Below are positions 1 through 12,427 of a DNA stretch of 64,000 nt, one piece after another. The notes under the pieces were generated by a model. It saw nothing but the letters and a program-made list of their open reading frames with translations, did no database searches and was not told the DNA's origin. The stretch's first letter is position 1, and each line of letters opens with the position of its first letter. The position numbers and the translations under genes were made by a program. The stretch is taken from assembly GCA_951406725.2 (NCBI GenBank), contig OX597822.1:100068001-100132000 (forward strand), written 5' to 3'. This DNA is from Octopus vulgaris. Taxonomy: Eukaryota.

Positions 1-2536
1 GAGGAAAGGCAGTAGTAGGGAATTGTATCAGACTGCGAAAAGAGAAGCTAGGAGACAGGTATATTTAGCTAGAGGGGAAGCAGATAAGAAAAAATTTGCC
101 AATGTTCTGCGCCGTGAGGACCAAAGACTTGAGGTGTTTCGTGTTGCAAGACAGTGTGTGAGAGAGAATCGTGATGTGGTAGGAGAGAAGTGTGTTCGCA
201 TGGATGATGGTTCACTTGCGCTAAATGAGGATGCAAAGAGAGAGGTTTGGAGATGCCACTATGAAAGGTTGCTCAACAAAGAGAATGAATGGGATAAAGA
301 GAGTCTGCCGAATGTCGACCCAATAGAGGGACCAGCTATCCGAGTTGACAGTTCCATGGTAGTTAAGGCAATTGGAAGCATGAAGACAGGGAAAGCCCCA
401 GGCCCATCAGGAATTACTGCTGAGATGCTCAAAATATCTGGCAGTGTTGGCTATAGCCTAGTCACCCGTATAGTTAACCAGGTGATACACAAAGGAGTCA
501 TACCCAATGACTGGTGTAGTAGCATAATAGTCAACTGCTACAAAGGTAAAGGTGACACCCTAGATACAAGTAATTACAGAGGTATTAAGCTGTTGGATCA
601 GGTAATGAAGGTTATGGAAAGGGTCATAGCCCAACTGATTAGAGAGAGAGCCAACCTAGACGAGATGCAGTTTGGTTTCATGCCAGGGAAAAGCACCACT
701 GATGCCATATTTCTGGTGAGACAGCTGCAGGAGAAATACCTAGCCAAAGATAAAACTCTGTACCTGGCTTTCGTTGACTTGGAGAAAGCCTTTGACAGGG
801 TCCCCCGATCCCTTATCTGGTGGTCAATGAGGAAACTAGGGATAGATGAATGGTTAGTGAGAGCTGTGCGTGCCATGTACAGGGACGCTGTTAGTAACGT
901 GAGGGTTGGCAACGAGTACAATGAAGAATTCCGGGTGGAGGTTGGGGTCCACGAAGGCTTAGTCCTCAGCCCCCTCCTATTTATCATAGTCTCCAGGCAA
1001 TAACAGAGGAATTCAAGACAGGATGCCCCTGGGAGCTCCTCTATGCTGACGACCTTGCTCTAATTGTTGAATCACGATCAGAACTCGAGGTGAAATTTCA
1101 GGCATGGAAGCAAGGATTAGAATCGAAGGGCCTTAGAGTCAATCTAGCTAAAACCAAAGTCCTAATAAGTAGGAAGGTAGACAAATCTCAAACGCCTTCA
1201 AGTAGATGGCCCTGCTCGATCTGTAGAAAAGGCGTAGGTAGGAACTCTATAAGATGCACCAAGTGTAAGCTATGGACACATAAGAGGTGCAGCAATGTCA
1301 AAGGAAGGCTAACTAGGAAGATAGTTTTGTATGTGGCAGATGCTCTGGTTCAATAAAGACTGAAGATGCACAGAGACCATCTTCCGTCACATTCCAGGGA
1401 GAAAAACTTGAAATAGGTGGTAGTTTCCATTACCTAGGTGACCAAGTCAGTAGTGGGGGTGGGTGTGCCGAAAGTGTAACTGCTAGAGTAAGAATAGCCT
1501 GGGCAAAGTTCAGAGAGCTCTTACCTCTGCTGGTGACAAAAGGCCTCTCACTCAGAGTAAAAGGCAGACTGTATGACGCATATGTGCGAACAGCCATGCT
1601 ACATGGCAGTGAAACATGGGCCGTGACTGCTGAGGATATGCATAAGCTTGCAAGAAATGAAGCCAGTATGCTCCGTTGGATGTGTAATGTCAGTGTTCAT
1701 ACCCGACAGAGTGTAAGTGCTTTGAGAGAAAAGTTGGACCTAAGAAGCATCAGATGTGGTGTGCAAGAGAGGCGTCTACGCTGGTATGGACACGTAGTAA
1801 GAATGGATGAAGATAGTTGTGTGAAAAAGTGACACACCCTAGCGGTTGAGGGAACCCGTGGAAGAGGTAGACCCAGGAAAACCTGGGACGAGGTGGTGAA
1901 GAATGACCTTTGCGCTTTAGGTCTCACCGAGGAAATGACCAGAGAAGTATGCTGTGCACGAGAAGACCCGGCAGGACACGTGAGGCCATAACCCATGGCC
2001 CCTACCTGGGACGCAGTCAGTCCACCTGTGCATACCTTCCTTCTTGGGACACATAACTCTACTTGTGAAGACCTGTTCAGGCAAGTGAAAATCAAATCAA
2101 ATCAAAATCGATGAACATCAATGGAATTTGTATCTTTGTGGTACCAGTGCTGGTGGCACATAAGAAAACCATCCGAACGTGGCCGTTGCCAGTACCGCAT
2201 CGACTGGCCTCCGTGCTGTGGGCACGTAACAAATACCATCCGATCGTGGCCGTGCCAGCCTCGCCTGGCCTCCGTGCCGGTGGCACGTAAAAAACACCAT
2301 CCGAGCGTGGCCGTTCGCCAGCCTCGTCTGGCACCTGTGTCGGTGGCACATAAAAAGCACCCACTACACTCATGGAGTGGTTGGCGTTAGGAAGGGCATC
2401 CAGCTGTAGAAACACTGCCAGATCTGACTGGCCTGGTGCAGCCTTTGGGCTTCCCAGACCCCAGTTGAACCGTCCAACCCATGCTAGCATGGAAAGCGGA
2501 CGTTAAACGATGATGATGATGATGATGATGATGATG
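1..2536 (+). mobile_element. RTE-type LINE, 3' part of ORF2 (RT plus Cys/His finger), frameshifted, with stem-loop 3' UTR and (GAT)n tail
   Basis: ORF 23-1003 has non-LTR RT motifs (GKAPGPSG, NYRGIKLL, QFGFMPGKSTTDAIF, FVDLEKAFDRV). LLYADDL follows in another frame at about 1035-1055. RTE-type C-terminal motifs LHGSETW and RRLRWYGHV are in ORF 1533-1832. The element ends in a GAT microsatellite. Confidence 0.95.
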
Positions 2537-2994
2537 TCAGTGGAATTTGAACTCAGGACAATATCCAACATTACTGATTCTGCTAATCAGCTACATTAGA
2601 AATAGCTATATAAATGAGGCAAAAAAAACAAAAAAAAGAAAGAAAATATTACTCAATAATTAGTATTGCTTTAATTATTCCAGCAAATATAGGAGGTAAC
2701 TCTGGACATAATTTAGTCTTATTGACACCTCATCAGTGAAACATATAGCCTTCACCATACTTACCATAGTATTGATGGGAGAACAACTAAGTAAATCATA
2801 ATCTTTTAACACCTGTTTCCCATGCTGGCATGTGTTGTATGGTTTGACAGGAGCTGGCAAGTCAGAGAGGTACACTAGGCCCTAATTGTCTGTCTTGGCC
2901 AAGTTTCTACAGCTGGATGCCTTTCCTAATACCAGGCTCTTTACAGAGCATACTGGGTACTCTTTGTGGCATCAGCATGGGTGCCTTTTATGCT

Positions 2995-3590
2995 TTATCT
3001 ACCATCCTACTCTTGATTCAGATAGCTGATCTCTCTGTTGGGTCCACATTAGGCAGAGTCTCCTTCTACTATGCATTCTCTACATTTAACAACCTTTCAT
3101 CGTGGCACTTCTAAGCTTCTTTCTTTGCAAAATCACTAACTGCAAGTGATCCATCATAATTTTCTCTGACACACTGTTTCGCAATCCAAAATACTTCAAC
3201 CCTCTGGTCCTCATGCCACAGAACATTGGCAAATTTCTTCCTTTCTGTCCTAGCTAAATACATCTGTCTCCTAGCTTCCTGATATAGTTCTTTACTACTA
3301 CCACTCTTCCAGTCCTGTTTCTTCACTATAATGGCCATGTCTATTTTCCTGTTCCACCACCATGTCACCTTAGCTCTAGAGGGAACTTTGCACCGGCCAC
3401 ACATCTGGTCAGTGGAGCCTCATTAAGTTGTCCTGTAGGAACCTCCAGTTGTTCTCTTTATCATATTTCCATCAAATCCTTCAATTAGAACATTAATAAA
3501 TCTCTATTCAGAGGATCCTTAAACCTCCAGATCTCTCTCTTCCAGACTGGTTTACTTCTTGACATCCTTGTAGCCAGTCTGAAGTCAGTT
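2995..3590 (-). mobile_element. Degenerate RTE LINE fragment (linker between EN and RT)
   Basis: ORF 3111-3404 (TWWWN...KKFANVL...CVREN) matches the protein of the LINE at 1-300. Confidence 0.85.
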
Positions 3591-4291
3591 GCTATAGAAA
3601 CAGAGAATTGTTTAACCCATGAGCATTCAGATTATTGTCAAATCTAATGTTTATTTGCTCATATTGTTTTGAATTAATCATATTTTGACTTGTAGCTTTG
3701 AAAATTCGATGACAGGATTGTCTAACTTTAGAATGACACTGTAGGGTAGGCATAAGTGGCTGGATCTGATCTGTTCAAACATAAAGCAAGAATATTTGAG
3801 CCAAATATAATCAGTTTAAATACTAAAGTGCTAAATAGTAAATTATTCATTAATTATAATTGACAAGTGTTTTGTTAAGTTAAAGTGCATTCCAAACCCA
3901 GCTGCGTCACAGAGATCATTTCTGTAACCCATAGTAGTTTCAGTTAGGAGTACGAATTGAGAGTTAAGCTAGAGTTACAGAGCAACACTACATTAATATA
4001 CAAACGGTTAACCTCTCAACTGTAAAGTCAACACTTTGCTCAATCTACCTTCTGTAACTGATTCTTTGAGAGTGTAGTATTCTGAAAATTCACAGGAATT
4101 CTTGTAACAGATGCTTTATTCCTGGACAGTTATTTTTTTCTTTTTAACATTTACCAACTTAACTATAACGTGCATGTTATGCCTATTGATAAAAAGAGCT
4201 AGAGACATACCATGCAATACAACATCAATATTTGAACCTGTGATTTATGACTTATGATCTGAGAGCCATGTAACTTGGTTAGTCAACCAAA

Positions 4292-4585
4292 GGCGCATGG
4301 CTCAGTGGTTAGAGCGCTGGACTCCTCACAATCATGAGGTAGTGAGTTCGATTCCCAGACCAGGCTGTGGGTTGCTCTTGAGCAAAACACTTTATTTCAT
4401 GTTGCTCCAGTTCACTGATGCCTTTCCCTTGGATAACATCAATGGCGGAGAGAAGGGAGGCTGGTATGTATGATCGACTGGTGGTCATCCATAAACAACC
4501 TTGCAAGGACTTGTGCCTTGGAGGGTAACTTTCTAGATGTAATCCCATGGTCATTATGACCAAAGGGGGTCTTTATCCTTTTTAC
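4292..4585 (+). mobile_element. tRNA-derived SINE
   Basis: Pol III A box (TGGCTCAGTGG) and B box (GAGTTCGATTCC), followed by a CORE-like CTTGAGCAAAACACTT segment. Confidence 0.75.
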
Positions 4586-4949
4586 TTAAAAGGGTTCAGC
4601 CCTACTACACAGCATGTTGGGTGAAGTGTCTCCAATATCCCTGGGTTGACCAAAGATCATGAGTCGATTTGGCAGGCTTACATAAATCATAACCTACTTT
4701 GATACTGTGTGGACTGGGGTCCCCACTGTCAATCACGTTAAACAGAGTGTTAAAGACTTGTCATGTGCAAAATTAGCAGCTCCAATTCCCTGAAAATACT
4801 GGATTTATTGTGTATAGAAACAAACAGGCTATTTATTTCTCTGAGACTGGTCAAGTGATGTTGACACCTCTAATGAGACCCCAATAAGGCTAAAAAATTG
4901 ATGAAGGCTGTTAATTTCTTTCAATCTACAGAGAAATAGTTAAATATAG

Positions 4950-5241
4950 CATCCGAACGTGGCCGATGCCAGTGCCGCCTTGACTGGCTTCTGTGCCGGT
5001 GGCACGTAAAAAGCACCAACCGATCGTGGCCGCTGCCAGCCTCTTCTGGCACCTGTGCCGGTGGCACATAAAAAGCACCCACTACACTCACGGAGTGGTT
5101 GGCGTTAGGAAGGGCATCCAGCTGTAGAAACATTGCCAGATCAGACTGGAGCCTGGTGCAGCCTCCTGGCTTCCCAGACCCCAGTCGAACCGTTTAACCC
5201 GTGCTAGCACGGAAAATTGACGTTAAACAATGACGATGATG
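4950..5241 (+). mobile_element. RTE LINE 3' tail copy
   Basis: Near-identical to 2170-2536, ending in a GAT tail. Confidence 0.9.
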
Positions 5242-6291
5242 TTTACATATACATCCATATATCATATTTTTTAACATCCACTTTTCCTGTTGCCAACCCT
5301 TACTGGTTTCCAACAAGTAATATTTCACCATGACCAGACATTTTCCACAGAACACAATAGTGTCAAGATACACACACACACACACAAAAGGCTTCTTTTA
5401 ATTTCTGTCTACCAGATCCACTCACAAAGCTTTGGTTGATCCAGGTCTTTAGTAAAAGACTGGCCATAAGGAAATATTACCATACTTAAAAGCACATGAG
5501 GGTTGGACACAAGAAAGACACATGGTTGTAGAAAACCTGCTTCAAAGAAAAGTGGACATTAAATAATGATGATGTTACTCGACATTAGAAGCACCAACTT
5601 AAAATAAAAGTGAGTGGAACATAAATAAGATGATGAATTGATGTTTCTACACATAAAAAGACAAATGCACATTTTTTTATGAAAGATTCTTTATCATTTT
5701 TTCAATTTTATATTTAATATATATATATATATATACATATATATATACATACATACATACATATATACATACACACACATTTTATAAATACTTTATTAAA
5801 TAATCAGCCATGATAATTTTGCTGGATTTGTAAGGAAGGTCAAGGGGATCTTATTCAGAAGCTTATTCAGGAAAGAAGCATACATATTTGGGTGAATTTC
5901 TTTATATATTTTTCTTTTTTGCGTGTCTTTGAACACATCATGGTTACTTTTGAGCTTAAGAAAAGTCGATATAACGAAAAATAAAAATTAAAAAAATCTG
6001 GAAAAGGCAAAGAAGAAAACAAAGTATAAAATAAAATAGATAACATGATGTACGTAAGTAAAAAGAAATACTGTAATCAAGGTGAGTTGATTTCTAATCA
6101 AACCCTAGATTCACCTAGATGGAAATATTTTAGTAAAGTTACTTAGTTAAATAGTAGAAGTCAATTACTTAAGGAAAATAAACCATATAAAAATATTATT
6201 ATTACTAATTAAAGAAAATAATTCCAACTTTATGTCGTTTTATATCATTTAAAATTTTTGTCTGACTGAAAACCAACTTTAAAATTCATAT

Positions 6292-6558
6292 AAAATAACC
6301 AACTGTGATACGTAACATATATAGATCATTGAAAGGCATGATGCTGTGATTTTCGTCTGTGAGGAAATCTCTTTGCAGACAACATATATTGGAGTAAAGC
6401 AAACAGCACAGCAGCAACTCATGAGAACTCTCATGAGACACAACTACAAGAGAGTTTGTCTTGCTCTGATGTATATTTAATACATATCTATGAAGAAATT
6501 TTTTCTTGAATGAAAATCACAGCATTATGCCTTTTAATGGTGTGTATATATTAGGTAT
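6292..6558. repeat. Degenerate inverted repeat / MITE-like element
   Basis: CATTGAAAGGCATGATGCTGTGATTTTC (about 6327-6354) pairs with GAAAATCACAGCATTATGCCTTTTAATG (about 6512-6539); weaker pairing extends outward. Confidence 0.7.
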
Positions 6559-7082
6559 GGTACACCGACAGCTATTTTGATTTAATGATGTTTCAATTGC
6601 ATACACCGAGTTTATCTATCATATCTTAATTACATGGCGCAGGTATATTTTGTTCATGATAATAAGATACGACTTATCAAGATTGGCGGTGTCAGTTGTA
6701 AACCAAAAAGTCTTTAATTCTTAGAAAACTGTTGCAATAGAAAGTAAATAAATGATTTCAAAGCTATTAAAATCTCAAATATAAAAGATTTTGAAACTGA
6801 TTTCTCTTAACCAGGCTTAACACCAACCGAGTTGTCAATTGAAGTAACACCAAGTTGCACCTAGTGAAGCACCAAATCTTGGACTGTACTTCCTTGGTGG
6901 CCACCTCCTAAAGAAGATTTCCATAATTAAAAAAAAAGAAATTAATAACTAATATTTTGCACATATATATATATATATATGTTATACATACGTGCAAAAC
7001 ACACGTGTGTGTATATATATACACATACAGATTTTTATTTATGTATATGTATATATGTGTATGTATATAAATATATATGTGT

Positions 7083-7116
<34 letters not shown>

Positions 7117-7699
7117 AGCTCAAACAGTTTGAACAGTAATTTTAGTTCCAGTTACCTTCTGAGAAACAGTATTCATTATATCTCTTCATAAAAGTCTGCG
7201 TATGAAAGCAAATATAATTTAGGATAGTTCAGAGAATATATTTGTGCCTATTAAATACAAATATGTAAGGTGTATGCATAGATAAACTGGAAATAAAGCT
7301 CCTGCTTTACTATCATTTTTTTTTTTTTACCTGTTTTTCTACATACACGTACTTACTCATATTTAATAGTGATGTGTATGTGTGTGTATGTAAAGAGAGA
7401 AATCCAGTCTAAAAGAGAAAGTAAGGCTAAAACAGCCTCGGAAAGAAGAGTCAGATGCAGAGAGAGAACAATATATTTTTCGTCTTGTTCTGTTCATTTA
7501 AGTTAGAGGAGGGAAAGTATTTGATTGGAACAGTGATCTTAAGTGAACTTATTAGGCATGTTCAAATGTATCAATCATGGAATCAGTCAGTTTGGAAAAG
7601 ATTTTTAAGACCAGACAGGAAAAAAGAAAGGAGGGTCTGCGTTGCTGTTTTTCTGTCTTTCAGTCCGTTGGCTTTGTACAACGAGTTACCACATAACAT

Positions 7700-7705
7700 T
7701 TTATT
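7700..7705 (-). terminator. Candidate polyadenylation signal of LAMTOR4
   Basis: AATAAA on the minus strand, about 36 nt after the TGA stop. Confidence 0.55.
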
Positions 7706-7741
7706 TATACAATCTGTAGTTTATACACAGGTACCATTTCT

Positions 7742-7836
7742 TCAAACATTCACAGCCTCTGGTTGATAAATCCGTTTGCATACGTAGATTTTGCGATTCG
7801 ATACAGTGATGACATACATGAAATCCTCCCAGAGCA
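7742..7836 (-). CDS. LAMTOR4: Ragulator complex protein LAMTOR4, last coding exon ((V)LWEDFMYVITVSNRKIYVCKRIYQPEAVNV*)
   Basis: Acceptor ttttattttacag. Phase 1 joins the previous exon in frame. Resembles the human C-terminus as recalled ([22 protein letters not shown]...PIDV). Confidence 0.92.
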
Positions 7837-8124
7837 CTGTAAAATAAAAATACAATTTGTAAAACTTGAAACATTGAAAAGCGGAATTTTATTTACATTT
7901 CAAAAAAAAAAAATTTTAAATAACGACAATGTATTAATTGTGGCTGCCTAATAACTAACCACCATCAGTATTACTTTATAAACAGGGAAAAGAATCACTG
8001 TATGGTTAAGAAGCTTGCTTCCCAACCATACAACTTTAGATTCAATCCTATTGAGTGTGGTACATTGAGTAAGTATCTTCTCTTAAAGTTATAGTCCTTG
8101 TGAGTAGATTTGATTGAAAAAGCC

Positions 8125-9110
8125 CAAAGCCCTTGGTACATCAGGAATTATTCACGAGAAGCTTAAAATATCTGGCAAAGTGAGATACAGCCTAGTCACT
8201 CATGTAGCTAATCAGTTTGACCAGGCAGTGGTCATACCCAATGACTGATGTAGCACCATTGAAGTCAACTGCTACAAAGGTAAAGGAGATGTTTTAGAAG
8301 TAACCACAGAGGTATCAAATTGTTGGCCAAGATCATGGAAGTTACAGAAAGAGTCATAGCTCAACTAATTAGGAAGAGTTAGCATAGATGAGATGGTTTG
8401 GTGTTATCTTCCTGGTGAAGCAACTGCAGGAGAAGCATTTAGCCCAAAATAAACCCCCTGTACTTAGCATTTGTCAATATGGAGAAAGCCTTTGACAGGG
8501 TCCCTCACTCTCTCATCTGGTGGTTGATGCAGAAACTAGGGGTAGATGAGTGACTGATGAGAGCTGTCAAGTCATATTCAGGGATGCTGTCAGTAAGGTG
8601 GAAGTCAGCAATAAGTATAGCAATAAATTAGCATGCAGGTAGGAGTCCACCAAGGTTTGTTTTCAGCTCAATCTTGCTTATCATAATTCTCCAGGCCATA
8701 ACAGGGGAATTTAAAACTCGTTGCTCATGAGAGCTTCTCTATGTTGGTAACTTTGTTCTTATAGCTGAATTTATAGTAGAATTAAGAGAAGAAATTTCAA
8801 ATGTGGAAGCAAGGTCTAGAGTCAAAGACCAAAGTACTAGTAAGCAGGAAAGCAGATAAAAATGAATCTGCTCGATATGTGGAAAAACCATAGATAGAAA
8901 TTCCATACAGTGTATCCAATGCAAGCTATGAACACAGAGAGGCAGTCAAATCACAGAAAGGTGAACAGAGAAAGTAGTCTTTGTGTGTGTGGCAATTCTG
9001 CAGGAACAATAAAGAACACATAGGAAATAGATTTCCTCCAATGCCCAGGGAGATCACTAGAGGTAGTAGACAGTTTCCATTACCTAGTTGACCAAATTAG
9101 CAGTGGAGGA
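8125..9110 (+). mobile_element. Old degenerate RTE LINE RT region in a LAMTOR4 intron
   Basis: Colinear nucleotide similarity to 390-1460, with many indels and stops. Confidence 0.9.
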
Positions 9111-9325
9111 GTGTGTAATTAACCATAGCTGTGTGGTTGCGAAATTCACTTCATAACCACAAAGTTTCTTGTTCAATTCCAAGTGAGTTAAATTTAAATC
9201 TGCTATCATTTATATTAGCAAATAAAAGAAAAATTATGATCAAGCAATTGCAAGAAGAAAAGAACCCCCAAAAGTCCAGCTGTGAATAAGTGTCACTTAT
9301 AGAAAGGCTCAGATTTATATATTAT

Positions 9326-9570
9326 GTGTCGGTGGCACATAAAAAACACCATCTGAGCGTGGCCGTTCGCCAGCCTCGTCTGGCACCTGTGTCGGTGGCA
9401 CATAAAATCACCCACGACACTCTCGGAGTGGTTGGCGTTAGGAAGGGCATCCAGCTGTAGAAACACTGCCAGATCAGACTGGAGCCTGGTGCAGCCTTCG
9501 GGCTCCCCAGACCCCAGTTGAACCGTCCAACCCACATGGAAAGTGGACGTTAAATGATGATGATGATGAG
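9326..9570 (+). mobile_element. RTE LINE 3' tail copy
   Basis: Matches 2280-2536. Confidence 0.9.
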
Positions 9571-10828
9571 GAGGAGGAGGAGGAGGAGGAATGAAATTTT
9601 TTACATTCATGACTAAGTCAAGGACATTAGTGATAAAAGTTAATTGAAATGGTTACACGTGGAAACTGAAATGTCAATTAATTTGCTTCACCAACAGGTT
9701 TTATCTACTTATTAAAAATCCAGATAATAATTTGAGAATGAATACACACGTTAGTACACAGGCATGGTTGCATGGTTAAGATGTTTGTTTCACAACCTCA
9801 TGGTTTGTGTGTTCAAGCTCAGCTCTTTGAGAAATTGTCTTCTACTACAGTCTTGGATTGGCTAATGCTTTCATCATCATTTAACATCTGTTTTCCATGC
9901 TGGCATGGGTTGGACAGTTTGACAGGAGCTGGCCAGCCAGAGAGCTGCCCAGGTTCCATGTCTGTTTTGGTATGGTCCTTATGGCTGAATGCCCTTACTA
10001 ACACCAACTACTTTACAGAGTGTACTGGGTGCTTTACATGTGGTACAACTACAGGTGCTTTATATGTGGTACTGGCATGGATTATACATAGCACCAGCAT
10101 GTAATTTGAAAGGCAGAGATTGCATTTGCACAAACACCAGTGTTTCATTATTCACATGTAATATAAAAAAAATCAATAAATGTATTTTTTTCATGCATGC
10201 ATGGACTTGACAAAGTTCTGCTGGAATAACTGCTTTTGCAGTAAGGTACCATTAATACAGTTGCTACCCACTCTACTTTGAAGACTGAAATAGGTTGTTT
10301 TTTTTTTTATATAAGTCAACCAAACTGGATTAAGCAGATTATGTACCTTGCATTTCCATGCTTGCCAGGGTCAGAGAGAATTCACTTAGGCAGATTTTCT
10401 ACAGCTGGACACTTCCCTGTTGCCAACACTCACCTATTTCCAAGCGCAAGGTATATATATATATGAATGTCCTCATTAATTGTTTTTCCATGCTGGTGTT
10501 GGTTGGAGAAAACTTATTGAGCCAGTATTCACCCAGTGGATGTTTCTTGTTACTGACCTGCACTTGTTTCCAAATAGTGTTAATACTCATCATGCCACAC
10601 TATGCTTTCACATTTTGGCACAGGACCAGCGATTTCATGGGGAGGAGAGGCAGGACAAAATGATCATTCATTTCAAAAGTGAGCCACAATCAACAAGTAT
10701 GTGTTTGTACCATCCTCCCTCATCATCATCATTTTAACGTCCACTTTTTCATGCTTGCATGAGGCAGACGGAGTTTATTGAGGTAGATGCCCATCCAGTT
10801 GCCAACTCTCACCTTGTTTTCAAGCAAG

Positions 10829-11497
10829 GTGATGATGATGATGATGGTACATGGATTATTCAAAACAGGAAAGGTTTCACTCCTGAATTTTTTTCAGGAT
10901 TTCTATGGCTGGTAGAAGGAAAGAAAAGAGGAATTTATTCTTGAATGTTCATAGCAGAGTTCACTCTACAAAAGACAGATATGATTTAGCCTGAAGCTAT
11001 AGTAGAAGACACTGAAAAATCTGACTCAATGAATTTCATTGGACCCATGCAAACATAGAAAAGCAGATCATCATCATCATCGTTTAACGTCCGCTTTCCA
11101 TGCTAGCATGGATTGGATGGTTCAACCAGGGTCTGGGAAGCCAGGAGGCTGCACCAGGCTCCAGTCTTGATCTGGCAGAGTTTCTACAGCTGGATGCCCT
11201 TCCTAACGCCAACCACTCCGAGTGTGTAGTGGGTGTTTTTTACGTGCCACTGGCACGGGGGCCAGTCAGGCGGTACTGGCAACGACCTCGCTCGAACCTT
11301 TTTACACATGCCACCACCACAGGTGCCAGTAGTGATGATGACATGGTCCTCGACTGTCTTTAGTAAAGTAACCTCTGTTATGAACATTCAAGAATAAATT
11401 CCTCTCTCTTTTCCTTCCACAAGCCATAGGAATCCTGAAAAAAATTCAGGAGCGAAGCCTTTCCTATTTTGAATAAGCCATGTATCATCATCATCAC
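10829..11497. repeat. Inverted repeat with about 150-bp arms (10829-10978 and 11354-11497) enclosing a reverse LINE tail
   Basis: GGAATTTATTCTTGAATGTTCATA pairs with TATGAACATTCAAGAATAAATTCC; CTCCTGAATTTTTTTCAGGATT pairs with AATCCTGAAAAAAATTCAGGAG. Confidence 0.85.
11068..11330 (-). mobile_element. RTE LINE 3' tail copy
   Basis: (CAT)n followed by the reverse complement of the tail core. Confidence 0.9.
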
Positions 11498-11731
11498 TGA
11501 ATGTCTGCTTTTCATTCTGGCATGGGTTGGACGGTTTTGACTGGAGATATTAAACCGGAGCGCTGCATCAACTCCAGTTTGTTTTCACTTGATTTTTATT
11601 GTCAGATGCTCTTCGTAATGCAAACCACTCCACAGAGTATACTGAGTACCTTTTACATGTCACCAGCACAGGTCTCTTTTAAAGAAAGAAAAACAGAATG
11701 ATAGATAGTAAGAAACAGCTGTTGTATTTAC

Positions 11732-11846
11732 CCATAATTCTTTTCCAGTAATCTTTCCTTTCAGCAAGTGGCATTTTACATGCTATGTGCAAGAATCTGT
11801 ATATTCGATTAGCGGTGACTTCATCATATTCTAGTTCACCAAACGA
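11732..11846 (-). CDS. LAMTOR4: LAMTOR4 middle coding exon (SFGELEYDEVTANRIYRFLHIACKMPLAERKDYWKRIM)
   Basis: 115 nt; acceptor ttctatttccag, donor G|gtaaat. Resembles human SSGDLENDEQAASAI...FKRL as recalled. Confidence 0.93.
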
Positions 11847-12322
11847 CTGGAAATAGAAATCATAAATGCGTGTTCTCATGAATCAGTCTATATTTTAGGA
11901 AGTCTTTCAGATAAAAAAAACAAAAAAAAAAAACTGAAAATGAAATTAATACGTATAATTAACCATAGCTGTGTGGTTGCGAAATTCATTTCATAACCAC
12001 ATAGTTTCTGGTCCCATTCCAAGTGAGTTAAATTTGGTCATTGAAAACTGTATACACACACATACGTGTGTGCCAATGTGTATACATGGAGATACAAGCA
12101 AACCCAAACCAGTTGTGGGGAAAGGGACAAGCTAGTGCATGCACACACACACACACAATATGGGCTTCTAACAGTTTCTGTCTACAAAATTCACTCGCAA
12201 GGCTTTGGTCAGCTTGGGGCTAAAATAGAAGACATTTGCCCAAGGTGCCAAACAGAGGGACTGAACCTGAAAGCACATAATTGGGAAGTAGATGTCTAAA
12301 CCACAGAGCCATGCCTGCTCCT

Positions 12323-12427
12323 AAAAAATATGGATCACTTCACAAATTTTCATGTGATCCTTGTGCAGGAGCCATGCTAATCTTTGTACCATTCCAATTT
12401 TAGTACATTTAGTGCCAAAGCAAGAAC
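12323..12427 (-). pseudogene. U6 snRNA pseudogene
   Basis: Reverse complement reads GTTCTTGCTTTGGCAC...TACTAAAATTGGAA...GATTAGCATGGCTCCTGCACAAGGAT...CCATATTTTTT, i.e. full-length U6. The ACAGAGA box is disrupted by a 3-nt deletion and CpGs have decayed. Confidence 0.9.

Noticed and set aside
2092-2490. Recurrent LQLDALPNANHS ORFs (also 4921, 9293, 11100, 19049, 51025, 54772, 58103) resembling a gene family
   Set aside because: Antisense translations of the LINE 3' tail repeat.
6634-6650. ATGGCGCAG|gtatat as the first exon of a plus-strand gene
   Set aside because: The nearest acceptor (about 6814) gives an immediate stop, and no downstream exons were found.
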